A stretch of 64,000 nt of DNA from the human T2T-CHM13v2.0 reference genome, Homo sapiens. Made by a program: the position numbers and the translations under genes. Every line of letters starts with the position of its first letter. Within the stretch, counting starts at the first letter, position 1. The notes below the pieces were generated by a model, which had not been told where the DNA came from, did no database searches, and saw only the letters and a list, made by a program, of their open reading frames with translations. The stretch lies in the NCBI RefSeq assembly GCF_009914755.1, contig NC_060926.1; one strand, 5' to 3'. This document shows positions 42,436-56,634 of the stretch, in pieces.

Positions 42436-42441
42436 TTTATT
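42436..42441 (-). terminator. Candidate poly(A) signal AATAAA (mid UTR, ~2.3 kb UTR)
   Basis: TTTATT on +. A second hexamer at ~42487-42492 and TGTA elements lie just upstream on the transcribed strand. Confidence 0.55.
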
Positions 42442-44709
42442 TGAAAATAATACTTTTAAAATGATTTTGACATTTTCATATATAAATTTATTTTTTTCCC
42501 AACTATAATTTTGGTTTTATGTACAAGTACACAAGTACCACCTTATTTTTAATGTTTACCTTGAAGGGTAGAAAACAAAATCATGTTTTATAAATGTGGT
42601 ATAAAATTACACATCTTCTCATGATGTCATGTCAATAATCCACTACACTAAACCAACTGTAACAAGGTAGTACATGCTTTAAACATCCAATTAAGAATAA
42701 ATCTGAGCCAACACCTTGATGATGACAAGGGAATGTGCTGATATCGTGTTAAACTGATGTGGCAGTAATCCAAGGGACTAAGCACATGATTATTCAAATT
42801 AAAACATAAAAAGGACAAAAGGTGTGGATTTTCTGGGCTACATCACATAATATTTGTCTGGCGAAACCATAATACAGATTTGGGTAAAGGAGATTTTTAA
42901 TAGATAACAAGTAATTCTTTATAGGGATTTGAGAAAGTACGAGAACATATGGGAAAAGCTTAGTAATTTAAGATTTACTTTTGTAAAACCATGTGGACAA
43001 ATATTAAATGTTATGCTTGCATTTTGAACATTATAAATATAAAACATAAAACATCCAATGTTAAATACTGATATCCCATGCCTGACCTGGATTTAGATAT
43101 TGAGTATTTCCCATTTTAAAGAAAGAAACTTTCAAAGTTTTGTCAATACTTAAACTATATACTATTATTCCTCACCAAAATCTTCATGAAATTTAAAAGG
43201 CTGATATTGAAGGTAGTTTTTTTTTCTCAAATATGCTAAAACATGTGAGTTTGGATTAACCTTCAGATTTTCAAGGCATGAAAGATACATAAATAGAGTA
43301 CCCAAGAATATGTTTTAACACATTTAGGATAAGTTTGTTTACAGTTGTGACAGGAATACCTTTGACTTTCAGACACTGAAAAAATATACCCTAAGCAAAC
43401 ATAAAAGGTGTTTTGGGTCAAGTTACTTCTTAGTACAAATAATACGTTGTATCAATCAATTTTTAAGCCAAATTCTTAAAATCATTCAAAAAACACCTGC
43501 ATTTTATAATTGTCAATGCATTTATGTAATAGAAGATACAACAAAATTTAGAAATAAAAAATCTCACACTATATTCCAAGTACCAAAATAAGAAGAAATT
43601 TGCAAATTAAGAAATTATCAATGTTGCTCAGAAACATGCCTTACTTTTACTCTGAAATTCACTTTAACTGCTTGACATATAATTTAATACTTAAAAATAA
43701 TATAGCTAAGTTGTTTAATAGTATTTATAGAATGCTACTTTTCTGGGTAGACATGTTTCACAAAACAGTTTTCAATTAATGCTGAGCATTCATTTGATAA
43801 TTGTAATCATAATTTGATTCACTGATTAATGGATTAATAATTTATTCAGTAATTTAGATGCCATAAGAACCACTGAAAGGAATAATCTGATAGTTGCTCA
43901 TTGTACAATCCTGCCTATTAGTAATACTAAGCCAAGAATCTGCTAGCTTTCCCACTCTGTTGAATTACATGTTTCCATGTGTGTGATTTTGGTCAACAAC
44001 AAAAAATCGATACACAATGTCATGCTTTTTCCTTTTCCTTTTTTTTTTTTTTAAACAAGCAGCTCAGCGATTTGGGAGGTTGGTTAGTACAATACAGAGA
44101 ACACAGAGAGAAAGTATAAAATGGCACTGAACACTAATGCCAATACTTATCTCATTGTGGTTATAACGAAGGATATTATTATTTGTGTTATTTTTGTCTG
44201 GAACATAAATCAATGCCATTAACTTGAACTTGAGGTATATACACAATACACACACAACCTTAAGCAAAATACTTTTCATAAGTAACATTACATTTTAAAA
44301 TATTGGAAACATTCGAATATCTGTGCTGATTTGTATTCTGACTTAATGGAACAAGAAGAAAATAACATTCAACTAGGGAGGGTTAAACTGATAATAAAGC
44401 TCTTAAAATTCAAAATGTCTTCCTCTCCCTTTGTACTTACCATAGGCTACACAATGTCCTGAGAGGATTCATTATGAGAAAAATGTCAATCACAGCTTCA
44501 ATAACTTACTTTGGAAAAAACTAATGAGAAAGCAAACTGGAAGGTGAGACTTCATCTTTGTTTTCAAATAAGTGGTCTTAATTTTTCTTCTTATAGAAAA
44601 AGTTTAAATCAGTTTATTATAAATATATCTAAACCATTAATTTTTGCAGCTTTCAGGTAAAGTCCAGCACTTCATTTATACAAAATCTATGAGAAGAGGT
44701 CAGTAGAGA

Positions 44710-44758
44710 TCATCTAATCTTAAGTCGTGACATCATCCATTCAAGTCCTTGGCACAAT
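44710..44758 (-). CDS. ARL5A: ARL5A terminal exon 6, coding part: (G)LCQGLEWMMSRLKIR*
   Basis: ttctttatag|A TTG TGC CAA GGA CTT GAA TGG ATG ATG TCA CGA CTT AAG ATT AGA TGA. The stop codon is at 44710-44712. Confidence 0.96.
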
Positions 44759-44944
44759 CTATAAAGAAAACAAAATCATTTGATTAAATTCTGAACTAAG
44801 AAGCTATGAGCAGCAAACTATGAACAGCAAACTAAAAGAGAGCATTTTTCATTTAGCTAAATAACAAAGATTTAAAAATCAATAATATTCAGTGCTTGGG
44901 CTGCTGCAGTGAAGCCATATTCTCATACACAATACATCTGTGCT

Positions 44945-45106
44945 TTTTTTGTCTTTCCTCTTTTTTAGACAGGGTCTCACTCTGTCACCCAGGCTGGAGT
45001 GCAATGGCACAATCAATGGCAGCCGTGACCTCCTGGGCTCAAGCGATCTCCCCACCTCAGCTTCCCCAGCAGCAGGGACTACAGGCGTGTGCCACCACAC
45101 CCAGCT
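44945..45106 (-). mobile_element. Alu right arm / FRAM-like (intron 5)
   Basis: Monomer with a perfect TSD AATACATCTGTGCT (44931-44944 and 45107-45120). Confidence 0.92.
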
Positions 45107-46927
45107 AATACATCTGTGCTCTTTTGGTTCAGTTATATCTCTAGCACCCAGAACGCTGTCTGACACTTTAAAAAAGCTTTATAATTATGCAATGAGTGCC
45201 CACAGAAAGCAACATATGTCAAAAATATATCTGGCAATACGTATCAAAAATATTTAAAATATCAATACTCTGCATCCTTTTTTCTACTTCTAGAAATGTA
45301 TCCCAAAAAAGAAAATCAGACATAAACATAGACTTACATACAAAACTGTTCATTAAAGTACTTTTAATAGGAAAATAATTTTTGTCTAAAAATACAGAAA
45401 AAAATAAATTACAAGACATTTGTATGATGAAATATTTAAAATTTTCCTTTAAAAAATGATTTCATAATTCTCATCACCAGGAAATGGAGGAAATAAAACC
45501 ATTTTATAATAGGATAAAATGCTCATGATATAAATGAAAAATGGCAGGATATTCAACAAAATATATATTGTAGTTATTAAAACAAAGTATACACATGTTA
45601 CATAAATATTATAAAATGTAAGTATGTAAAACTTTTGAAGGCAATAAAATTTCTTATCAGTAACATCAGTTATCACTGAACAACTGGTAATTGAACATAA
45701 CCCAAAATATAGAAAACGATGTTCACTGTGGGAAAAGAAACTAAAAGTTGAGCAAGAGAGAAATGGTTGTACACATTAAGTTGCAATAAAATGAAGAACT
45801 GTTATAAGTATTAACTATTATCTATGACAAGCTTTTGCAGACATAAAAAACTATGTTACAATATTAAATTTTTTTCAATTCAGAGTTTTGTTAAGTATGA
45901 GTCTAATAACGTAAAAGAAGACACAAATAGAAAAAAGATGGCAATGAGGTAAATAAATGGTTGTTTTGGGGTGGTTGTCCCATACTTTTCTCCTGTGACT
46001 AGATTCATTACTTTTAAACTACTGATAGGAAACAGTACACAAAAATAATAGATGAAGAGATTGTTTAACTCCAAACTGATAAATGAACAGTAGTTACCTA
46101 ATAGCAAACTAGAAACTGACTTAATATCCATTCTCTTAATTAATCTTTACAACACTGAGATCAGAATCCTTCCAATGTTACAGAGGAAACCCAGGGTTGG
46201 CAATGTTAGCAAATGGGAAAAGTAGGAGTCAAATGAAGCCACACACTGAAGTTTGTGATCTCCAATCCACTGAATCAAAACGCTAATCAATACTAAAACC
46301 AATAATTTAGATCAAGGTAGCTGAACTATAAAAGAAAAACAGAACATTTCTCTCAAAACCAAACTCATCTATTATTTTCCTATTTTTAAAACAAAATTGC
46401 TTTACCTCTTTTTAAAATGAAATTGAGTTAATATCTATACTAATGATACATTTTCCATACAATTATCAAAGTATATAAATTAAATCTTATGTCAATCCTA
46501 GATGACGTGTCTTTATTGACAAATATTATAAATCCATGCTTTTGCTTGACAAAGATATATATATTAGACTATTTGACAAAGAAATACTTAACATATTTTT
46601 ACTTAAATGAATACATGGATAATTGGTATTATCTGTGATTTTTTTAATGAACAGTTTTTTTTTAATTAAAAAACCTTTTTTAAGGTTCTAATTATGCTCT
46701 TCCAAATGTCAGTAACAGTGCCTTCTATTAAGATTTGCCTTCAATAATTCATTATATTTGGTTCACCCTTCATCGTGGTCTTGAAAGGAAAACAATTTCT
46801 CCCACTTCAGCTAATTCATCTATACCCCATGCTTTTGTCCTTTCCTAACACCTCAAGAACCTCAACCCCAAACTTAAGACTTCTATTTAGAATTCACCGC
46901 TTATTTCTCTTTTCCTCTGCTTTTAAA

Positions 46928-47275
46928 TGCAATCATGCATCATTTAATGACAGGGATACATTCTGAGAAATGTGTCAGGTGATTTCATCATTGTGTGAAC
47001 ATCAGAGTGTACTTACACAAACCTAGATGGTATAGCCTAGTATGCACCTAGGCTCTGTGCCATACAACCTGTTGCTCCCAGGCTACACACCTATACAGCA
47101 TGTTACTGTACTAAATTCTGTAGGTAACCATAACCCAATAGTAAGAACTTTTGTACTGAAACATATCTAAAAATAGAACAGTTATTGTAAACATATAGTA
47201 TTTTAATTTTATAGGACCACTGTCATATATGTGGTCTATCACTGACCAAAACATCATTATAGGGTGCATGACTAT
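46928..47275. mobile_element. Tigger3a-type MITE (intron 5)
   Basis: ca.tcatgcatcatttaatgacagggatacattctgagaaatg...catcattatagggtgcatgact TIR-like ends. Confidence 0.85.
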
Positions 47276-48254
47276 ATATACAGATGCACCATATTTTGGA
47301 AAAACAGCAACAAAAATTGTACTTTAGTTTGGTCCTCCTTTTAGCTTTTTATCCTATTTCCAACCTCCTCTATTTTATCTTTCCTTCCTCTTCTTGCCAC
47401 ACTCTAGAGTTTACAAAGCTATTTTTGCTTCCTAAAATCTACCTCCTCTTTAAACTACACTTACCTCATGCCCACTTTCTCAATGCACAGAATTTGTTCT
47501 GACAAACTGGTTGAATGTACTCATTTGTTGTTAATTGAATGGCATCCTCTCCATCTTCCTGGTCCTTGACCTTAGATTTGACAATGCTGACCACACCACT
47601 TCCTTCTTGAAATACTTTCATCTCTGGGTGCTAGACAGGGCAAACTTCTACTATAGGCACACACTTCTCTTCCAACATCTATCATTCCAGAACCAAGGAC
47701 CATCATTGCTACACTCTCTCCAATTCCCCCAATCCTTCTTTTGTTTAAGTGCATCAGTTCCAACAGTAAATAAACCCAAAGTAGTCTCAGACATGAATTC
47801 TCTTTGATTTGAGCTTCTTTATGCAGAAAATATCACTTAAAAACAATTACTCTGTAGGACTGTTATGGGGATTAAATGAAGCACTATATGGAAAACACTC
47901 CAGACATAGGACATGCTCGGCACATGTCAGGTCTTCAGTTCCACTATCATCGTAAAATGTATTTCCTAACTTCTCCAGCTCTCACTGATACTCCCATTTC
48001 TCTGAGCTCCTATAGCAATTATAACAGCTACATGCTTCCATGTTCAGTAGGTTTATGTGTATTATGTTTATATTGTTTTACTATTTACAGAACCACCCTA
48101 AAAAGTCTCTGATTATAGACATGAACTACAGCTTACGTCTGTCCCTTACGATGTTTTATACACAATAGCCTTAAATATTTAGGAGTTTAAAGAAGATATA
48201 CATGTTACTAAGCAAAATAAATGTTCGATAACATTTAAGAGGAAGATGTCTTAC

Positions 48255-48406
48255 CCCTCGCCAGTTAGAGCACAGCATGCCTGGATATGCCACTGGTGAT
48301 CTTTAATAGAAGTTAGCTTCAAAAACTGGGAGATTTCTGCTACAGTCATGCATTCTTTAACATCTTGTTTATTAGCAAAAATCAGCAATCCAGCTTTTCT
48401 TAGGTC
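48255..48406 (-). CDS. ARL5A: ARL5A coding exon 5 (152 nt): [50 protein letters not shown](G)
   Basis: ttaatag| acceptor and |gtaaga donor. Contains the NKQD (G4) and CAL (G5) motifs. Confidence 0.97.
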
Positions 48407-50088
48407 CTATTAAAGCAAATAAAACTGTAAAGGCCAATACATTTTCCACATATTTTTCAACTTCATTAACAGAATCTTTTTCACAATCTTAGTAAACAAG
48501 AATTTCTCAACTATGTGACATAAAAGCATCTCAGTGCCTAGGCTGATAACACATTTTTTATACTTGTATGTGTTTACATATTTCTTATAGTCTCAGACAA
48601 CAATTTTTTATGGTCCTAAGTGCTGTATTTAACAGTCATGTTTCCCAGTATATACACCACCCACCCCCTAAATCCAAAATTAGGCTTAAATGGCTAAGAA
48701 CTACCTTTTAGCCTAATACTTGAGAGCTCTCCAAAATTTTATCTTGCCTATACTTTTCTGCTTTACCTCACATCACTCCTATATAAGTACTCTGCTGTAA
48801 TTAGCAACCTATCCTACTGCTCTCTAAACAGTTTTGGGCACTGCCATCTCTATGTTGTTCAAATCATTTCTCTTGCATGTATTTCCTTCCCTCCAACCTC
48901 CTAAACCAGCCTTTCCCAATCAGGATTCCACAAGAGAATTAAGCTCCAAAGAAAACGATGAGTGACTACATTGCAAATCTCCCAATAATGTACACAGCTA
49001 GTACCTTCTAGCTGCATAGGAAATAAATGAATTCATTACAATGTATGCCTTAAAACCTTAGGGCTTAATTCTCAGTTGAAGTTCTATCCTAAACCAATCC
49101 TATTCACCCTAATTTCTGTCATTGTATATGAAGATTTCTTAGATTTGAATATGTAATACAGCCATCTTGGAGTGGCATTAAACTTATCAAGTTTCCCCAA
49201 TTAGAAGTTCTATCACTTCAATGCTATGACTCAGAGGCAAGTTCTTTAAGCTTTCTGAATTTGTTCCTCATATCTTTTACTGAGTATCTGATCTGAGCAA
49301 GACACCTACTGCATTAACCCTTTTCCGAATGTAATTGTGCACACTCCAAATAACTGGTATAATGTTTTACTCACTAAACAGGCCAAAAGTTCTTAGTCTC
49401 TTCCTGCCCCACTCCTCTCTACCTGCCAGTTTTAAAGCCAGGGACTTCCTTGATAATCTGTTCAAAATCACAGATCTTTCCCCCCAAAACACACATATGC
49501 ATATACACAAAATTTTTTTAAGTTTATGTACAATTTGAGGGTGTTAATAAATACCCTAAATTCCCTACATGGATACTGGGCCAAGAATCCATGAAGGATG
49601 TACTCAATTAGCAAGTGAAACCCTCATAAAATTCTGCCTGTTACATATTAAGAGATATAAAATTAAGGTTTTGGTGCCACACTTGCAAGTTTTCACAACT
49701 GTTGAATGGCATTTGTCTTCTTAGGGATTTTACTGAGATATTTTGGTTTCAATAATGTATGTGTTTGAATAAATAAAATCTTCAGCAGATACAAAATGAC
49801 TTTTGTTAGAATACAGTTTTGATGATTCTTTCTGATGCAAATAAAAACATTAGTAGTATATTTGTATTTCTTATTTGGTTAAAGGAGTTATGTAAAATAT
49901 TTTATATAACAATCAAGACTGACTTTAATTACAGTGCCCTCTGCAGGATGGCAGCTATTAATGCTACCACAGTTTATATAGTTATCTCATTAAGTATGGT
50001 CAGAAAGGAATACTGCTACAATGTTTGCAATTTTAAGATTTCATGTTCAACTAGTTTCACCTATATTTCAGTTCACCTGCCTATATCA

Positions 50089-50515
<427 letters not shown>

Positions 50516-51238
50516 TTATGTGGCTGAGTCAATAAGTAGATGGACTTTCCATGGGATTTAATTCCTAACTTCCTATCTTCTCAGTTTCAGTACATCTTGC
50601 TAGTGTGTGCTGAAGTCTTATATAGGTCAAGTTTGCTAATGTTGACATGTTGAAGGAACAACCTTCTGACAAATACTTGGCACAAGTTAGGACACACGGT
50701 TTATATTATTATAAGTAATCTGTATTCACTCTTAATGATGAAATTATTTGTAGAAGCCCCTGAACTGAAAATTGAAAAACACAAAAAACAAAGCCATTTA
50801 ATAAAAGGTCTCCAAATATCTTAAATCAGTTTTTCTAGATCTAAAAGGTTCAAACTTTAATTTAGAGTTCTTGACTTCTAAGAAGTTATTTTATCAATTT
50901 TTACATATTTAGAAAGAGAAGAAAATCTTCATTTGCTTTTTATTATATAACCTCAAAACCAAATATGTATATATTAGAACAGTAGAAAATAGACATATTA
51001 AATTAAGGCTGTTCATCAACGTGACTTAACAAGAGGTCAAAGTATAAGGTGAACAACGGTGATCTTTTGTACATAAACCATTTCAAACACTTTAAAACCA
51101 CTTCTGCTACAAATTTCTAGTCTAAGATATATTTTAGTTTTATCAAGGAGATGAATAACAGCAATTGCAAGACACATTTACTTAGCATCTTCTATATACC
51201 ATATATAGTTGTCAATTTGTTTCTTAAAACTTCATTTG

Positions 51239-51633
<395 letters not shown>

Positions 51634-52999
51634 CTAAAGTTGTATACTTCATTTATGATAAAACTTTGAAAATTATTTTAAAATTTTTACAGTTTTGTAT
51701 TTTGTAATAATGTAAAGAGTCATTATCAGTGATGACAATAAGATTTTGTTGATTTATGTAGTATGTAAGAAACATCCAACTAACATCATGTCTACATTTA
51801 TTTTTCACTCACACATTCTCACTCTTTGATCCATTTGTCTCTCTGCAGAATTTTGCCTGTTTGGCTCTTCTTGACCCTACTGAGTACCTTGCTCAAACTC
51901 CCAACTTCATCTGTAATTCCTTTCTTCTCTGGTCATCTCCTCATTCAGTCTCCTTTCACTTTCCAACTAGGCCCTACTTAGGTCTTCTTTTTACTTCTGC
52001 TAATAAAGAGTCTGAATGAGAATACTCAAGTTCAAAACCTGGCTCTTAAAAAGCTAGTCAAGTCACATAACCTTTCTGGGCCCCAGTGTAGTCACCCATA
52101 ACAGATAACGTTAAGTGACCTATGTAAGTTAATGCCCCCAGCTAGTAAAAATCAAAGACTTTGAACCCTACTACTGGGCTCTTCATATAGTGATCCTGCT
52201 GCATATTGGCCAATTAGAGTAAAAATCAGATAGGGAGACTACCTGTCAACAAAGTAAAAGATATAGTCCAGAGACAAATAACATTTGTATCAGTTTTTCT
52301 TTTTCCAAAGTCTTCATAAAACCACCCTTTGGAATAAACTGAAAAATGCTGCATTTTTGCAAAATAGGAATTTGAAAAGAAAAAAAAACAAACAAAAAAA
52401 AGCCTTTGTCTTCTGCCTCTTTTACGGCTTATTGCTTGTATCCCAACTAGCAATGAATCTGGCGAATGAACACAGAATGGCAAGACGTATTTCTGTAAAT
52501 CTCCAGGAGGTTTAAACACAGCTGCTGGAATTAGAGTCCAAAATAGGAAAAGGTGCATCTTGGTGGTCATAAGGAAATGAGGAACCTCAATTTACAAAAC
52601 TACTTTACTAGCTTAGGTTCCCTAAAGCCCTGAAAGGTTGCCTGAAATACACAAAATTCTTAAAGCAAATCTCAAAAGCAAATCATCAAATCAATAACAA
52701 AATTAACATAAAACTTCACTACAAAGATATCCGTGTTTTCCTAAGCTTTGCAAAAAATTCCACTGAAATAAAAAACTCTATATATCTAAATATTAACTTT
52801 TCTATTCCTATCTATAAATGAGTTGAGAAAGTAGCATCTGCAATAAGATATCCAAAAATAATCAATTTTACTAAATACTATATAAACAGTATAATGTTAT
52901 AGTTATCAAGTTGACTATATTATTCAGTTTTTTAAATTTATGTTACCGTAATATTTTTCTATTTAAAAAATTTTAATTTTTAAATCTATTTTTATTTCT

Positions 53000-53306
53000 A
53001 CTTATTTATTTTTAATTTTATTTTTTGAGACAAGGTCTCACTCTGTCACTCAGGCTGAAGTGCAGTGGCAAGAACAGCTCACTGTAGCCTTGACCTCCTG
53101 GGCTCAAGCGATCTACTCGCCTCAGTCTCACGAGTAGCTGGGACTACAGGTGCATGCCACCACACCTGGCTAATTTTGTTTATTTTTCGTAGAGACAGGG
53201 TCTTGCCATGTTGCTCAGCTGGTCTTGAACTCTTGGGCTCAAGCGATCCCCCCACCTCAGTCTCCTAAAGTGCTGTGATTACAGGAGTGAGCCACTGTGC
53301 CTGGCA
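53000..53306 (-). mobile_element. AluJ-type (intron 4)
   Basis: Dimeric antisense Alu. Confidence 0.92.
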
Positions 53307-53791
53307 GGTTATTTTTCAAGGACTAAGAAAATGTGGCTAGTCATCTAGTTTTGTTTAGTCAAAGGGACAATATCAGAGAAACCTAACAGCAATTACATTT
53401 AAATATTAGTCTGCTGAGTAACAATCAAGAATTGCTAAGCACCCAGGTACTTTAAAATCTCATTTCCAATGATAATCCTCTGTATAATTAATCTATTCAA
53501 AATGCAAAATGAAAGCCACTTATAGAAATTACTTTTGCCCAGGAAAATTGTGAAACCAAATGTATCTAGGATAAGTGAAATAAAGTTCTGCAACTTACTC
53601 CATAATCTTTCTGCTGCTTCTGGATACACTTCCAAACTGGGAGATGTCAGAGTAATTGAGCAGTGTGGCCAGCAAATAACTAATTATTTTTAAAAATTTG
53701 AAATTGATAGCACCCTCATGAGAAACTAGAAAACAAAGTATCGATTCCCATACCCTTCCCCATATCTAATGTAAAAAGACTACTTACTTAC

Positions 53792-53875
53792 CTCATGCGC
53801 TAACATTTTATAGAGTTCTTCTCTAGTTACAGAAATCCTCTCTCTGTCTGTACTGTCCACAACAACTATTACAAA
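53792..53875 (-). CDS. ARL5A: ARL5A coding exon 4 (84 nt): [28 protein letters not shown]
   Basis: attttag| acceptor and |gtaagt donor, phase 0/0. [10 protein letters not shown] is typical of the Arf family. Confidence 0.97.
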
Positions 53876-55603
53876 CTAAAATAATTACAAAAAAATTATT
53901 AGTGATTATACAATTTGGTATCTGTAAAATTTATAATGTGTTTATTTGACATACAGGCTATTAATATCAAGAAATTGGAATCTTATGGTATTGTTGGAAA
54001 ATCAGAGCTACCTATACATTGTGAAGCCAAAAGGTCTGATCGATTTTAATATATTTACTAATTTTTAAGAGAAAAGAGAATATGATATTAACATTCTAAC
54101 TAATATATATAACGCATGTCTGTTTTCTAAACTAGTATCTTGAATGCCAATGGACCTATATCTATCTATTTGCACTACAAATCAACAAGAAAAACATGCA
54201 ATATGATCCTGAATTTATTACTTTCAGGTAGATATTATTTATTAATATCAATCTGAACACCTAAAAGGGCACGGGTATGGGAGTAAAGTAATGTGACAAG
54301 ATAAAGAAATCAATTAAAAAAAAATTCAACCAACTGAAAGAATAAATCTCTATCTAAAAACAAGCTCTCTTCCTTACATAAGTATCGCCTGCTACCTGCA
54401 AGCACAACCCCTTCATAAACTGATGATGAGACTGGTATCAGAAGGTGCGATGAAAGACTTGTGATTGTTGTGCAGGACTGAGCTCCACCCCAGCTCTTCC
54501 TCAACTCCGTGAGCACCCAAAAGCAAGAGATCAGCAGGAACAGATGGAGATTTAACTTACTTACTTTATGATAACATTTATGATGCCCAAGTTGGTTCTG
54601 ACTGCCTATTAGTAACATGCACTATTTATTTTTGGGACCTAGATCTTAATTTTTAAATAAATTATTATGATTTTCTGGATCTTTTCAATTATTCAGACTT
54701 CATCAACCAAAAGGCAGATGTATGAGAGAACTGCTACTTTACCTCTCCTCTCACTTGACAGCTTACTGATAGGTGGCTTTATCACTGTAAGGCCCATTTT
54801 ATTCCAAGGTATTTTAATAAAACTGTTAATTTTCAGGCTGTTGGCATGAATTTGAAACCTATAGCATATGTATACAGTAGCATATATACCTTTATAATCA
54901 TACATAACTTCCCTTATTAAAAAATGATTAAATGCCTAATGCAGTGTTAGGAAATCAAGTTGTCAGATACACTTAATGGTTTCTTAATGACTTAAAAGTC
55001 AGCTTTATATACTTATAAACCATGCTTTATTAACTTGTAATAATGAACACTACAAAAACAACGGTCAGTCTTTTAATTCACAGGTCTATGCAATGAAGCA
55101 CTCAAATGTCAAAGGTCTGAAATTTCCTTTGGGAAATAATGTGTAAATAAAAAGATATGACTATGTCTAAAATGCCTTATAATCAAAAGAAAAACAATTA
55201 TTTAATGTGCAATTGTGTTTTGTAAAAGAAAATAGTAAAACTGGCTAGGATTCAAACCATCAAAACCCTCTCATTTGGTGAGCTAAACTCAGTCAAACAT
55301 AAATAGAGAGAAATGAAATTATAAACTATGAGATGGAAGTCATTAAAAAAAACTATTAAAGACAAGTTCTGAGATCAATACACAATCAGAACATAATTAA
55401 CCACCAATTCTCCCTATAGAGGTTCAATGATAGTGGACATATTGAACAATGACCTTGGAATAGGAAATCAGATTTTACTCTGCTTAAACTCTCTATGTAT
55501 TAACATACTGTGATATTTCAAAAAGATTAACTATAAGGACTCAAATCTAGATGTTTTCCAAGCATTCTGTTTATAGAATTTTAAATATTGTAAGAAACAT
55601 TAC

Positions 55604-55751
55604 CTCTGTGTTAGTATAGTAAGTGTTCCAGGAAGAACGAAGAGATTCTTGGCCACCAATATCCCACATTAGGAAACGTGTATTATTAATCACTATCTCT
55701 TCTACATTACTTCCTATTGTAGGAGATGTATGTACAACTTCATTCATAGAA
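55604..55751 (-). CDS. ARL5A: ARL5A coding exon 3 (148 nt): [49 protein letters not shown], switch I/II
   Basis: ttttttccccag| acceptor and |gtaatg donor. Contains PTIG (G2) and WDIGGQ (G3). Phase matches exon 2. Confidence 0.97.
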
Positions 55752-55989
55752 CTGGGGAAAAAAGTTTATATACATTACAATTAGCAAGGAAGCTAACTTG
55801 CTTGAACAATTTTTTAATCAAGGACAAATCAGCATGACCTCCTTTTATAATTTATACCTAAATATCTTTTTCCCACTAGTTTACAACATGAGTGAGGGTT
55901 TAAACAGGGCTGGAACTAGGTCGTAGGCTATCTGGCATATACTAGGTCATTCCAGGAAACTTTATAGTTTCTACTTTATAGTTTTCTAC

Positions 55990-56310
55990 TTTCTTTTTTT
56001 TAATGTTACCCAGGCCGGAGTGTAGTGGTGTGATCATACATAATCAGTGGCATGAGGTTCACTGCAGCCTTGACCTCCTGAATAGGATCAAGCAATCTTC
56101 CCACCTCAGTCTCCTGAGTAGCTGGAACTACAGGTGTGCACCACTACATCCAGCTAATTTTAAAATATATATATATTCATATATATCTTATAAAGAGATG
56201 GCATCTCACTATGTGACCCAAGCGGTTTCTCAAAGTCCTGGCTTTAAGCGATCCTCCCACCTCTGCCACCCAAAGTGTTGGGATAAAGGCATGAGGCACC
56301 GCACCCGGCC
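55990..56310 (-). mobile_element. AluJ-type with internal insertions (intron 2)
   Basis: Alu arms are recognisable, the linker is TA-expanded, and TTTTCTACTTTCT is duplicated at the flanks. Confidence 0.85.
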
Positions 56311-56573
56311 ATATTTTTCTACTTTCTACAAACAAAAGAGCTTTAGCACAAAACAAGTGGACAACTCAATGCCAACTATATGCTCAATATCATATAAATT
56401 TCTTGCTTTCTACTAACTATTGCTGAGATCTGGCTCCAGGTTTATAGCCAACCTGCTTTCTTACAGGGTAACTTAGGTTTCATGTAATTTCTTACTGCAT
56501 TCATTGATCGACTATCACCCAGGCCAAAAAAGTAACTAGAAATAAAATAATTTTTAAAATAGTTAATACTTAC

Positions 56574-56634
56574 AATTGGTAAAGAATGGTAGTTTTCCCT
56601 GCATTATCCAGCCCAACAATGATAACTTTGTGCT
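56574..56634 (-). CDS. ARL5A: ARL5A coding exon 2 (61 nt): (E)[19 protein letters not shown](F), P-loop/G1 motif
   Basis: Minus strand reads tttcag|AG CAC AAA GTT ATC ATT GTT GGG CTG GAT AAT GCA GGG AAA ACT ACC ATT CTT TAC CAA TT|gtaagt. GLDNAGKT is the Arf-family P-loop. Confidence 0.97.

Larger units (their letters stand above)
40230..44709 (-). other. ARL5A: ARL5A 3' UTR (up to ~4.5 kb, AU-rich, tandem poly(A) sites)
   Basis: Follows the stop codon and lacks Alu/L1 over ~4.5 kb, unlike its flanks. Minus-strand AATAAA hexamers occur at 44613, 43841, 42487, 42436 and 40249. Confidence 0.7.

Noticed and set aside
54400-54710. Possible intronic C/D box snoRNA (TGATGA/CTGA words)
   Set aside because: The boxes are on the wrong strand or wrongly spaced, with no terminal stem.
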